Shown here one piece after another: positions 63,889 through 64,000 of a stretch of 64,000 nt of DNA. The stretch lies in the NCBI GenBank assembly GCA_040954595.2, contig CM082580.2, positions 2,470,783 to 2,534,782 on the forward strand. Reading direction: 5' to 3'. How positions within the stretch are numbered: the stretch's first letter is position 1; each line of letters starts with the position of its first letter. This DNA comes from Balanoglossus misakiensis. Lineage: Eukaryota; Animalia; Hemichordata. Both the position numbers and the translations under genes were made by a program. Below the pieces are notes generated by a model. That model saw only the letters and a program-made list of their open reading frames with translations, was not told the origin of the DNA and ran no database searches.

Positions 63889-64000
63889 GTAAGTGTTTCA
63901 CTCTGCTCCGTGTAAAAGATACCTGTTTTATAATTGGGTATTGCAAGTTAGTATAGTTATATAACAATGCTTGTTTTGTGAGGTTATGTTTTCATCCAGA

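Overview
This is AT-rich, intron-containing animal genomic DNA. The gene families suggest a marine invertebrate deuterostome such as a hemichordate or echinoderm (inference). Host genes: a nine-domain SRCR protein gene with no membrane anchor (-, 1535-23299, every domain split into two exons); a complete 5-exon NXPE (neurexophilin/PC-esterase) gene (-, 41607-44860) whose last two exons are duplicated 10.4 kb downstream; a broken FN3-transmembrane gene fragment; a basigin/neuroplastin-family Ig gene; and the 5' part of a VWDE-like gene running off the window. Mobile DNA: an 11-kb nested cluster of Helentron/Helitron2-like non-autonomous elements packed with nuclear-receptor, YY1, NF-Y and E-box motifs; Crypton-like remnants with long hairpins carrying strand-specific tandem G.A mismatches and GNA/GNNA loops; an Ngaro/DIRS tyrosine-recombinase retroelement interrupted by a CR1/L2 LINE; a Penelope-like element with a minimal hammerhead ribozyme and flanking inverted repeats; and several MITEs. 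Exon boundaries were read by eye from GT/AG sites and frame continuity, and no database search was possible.
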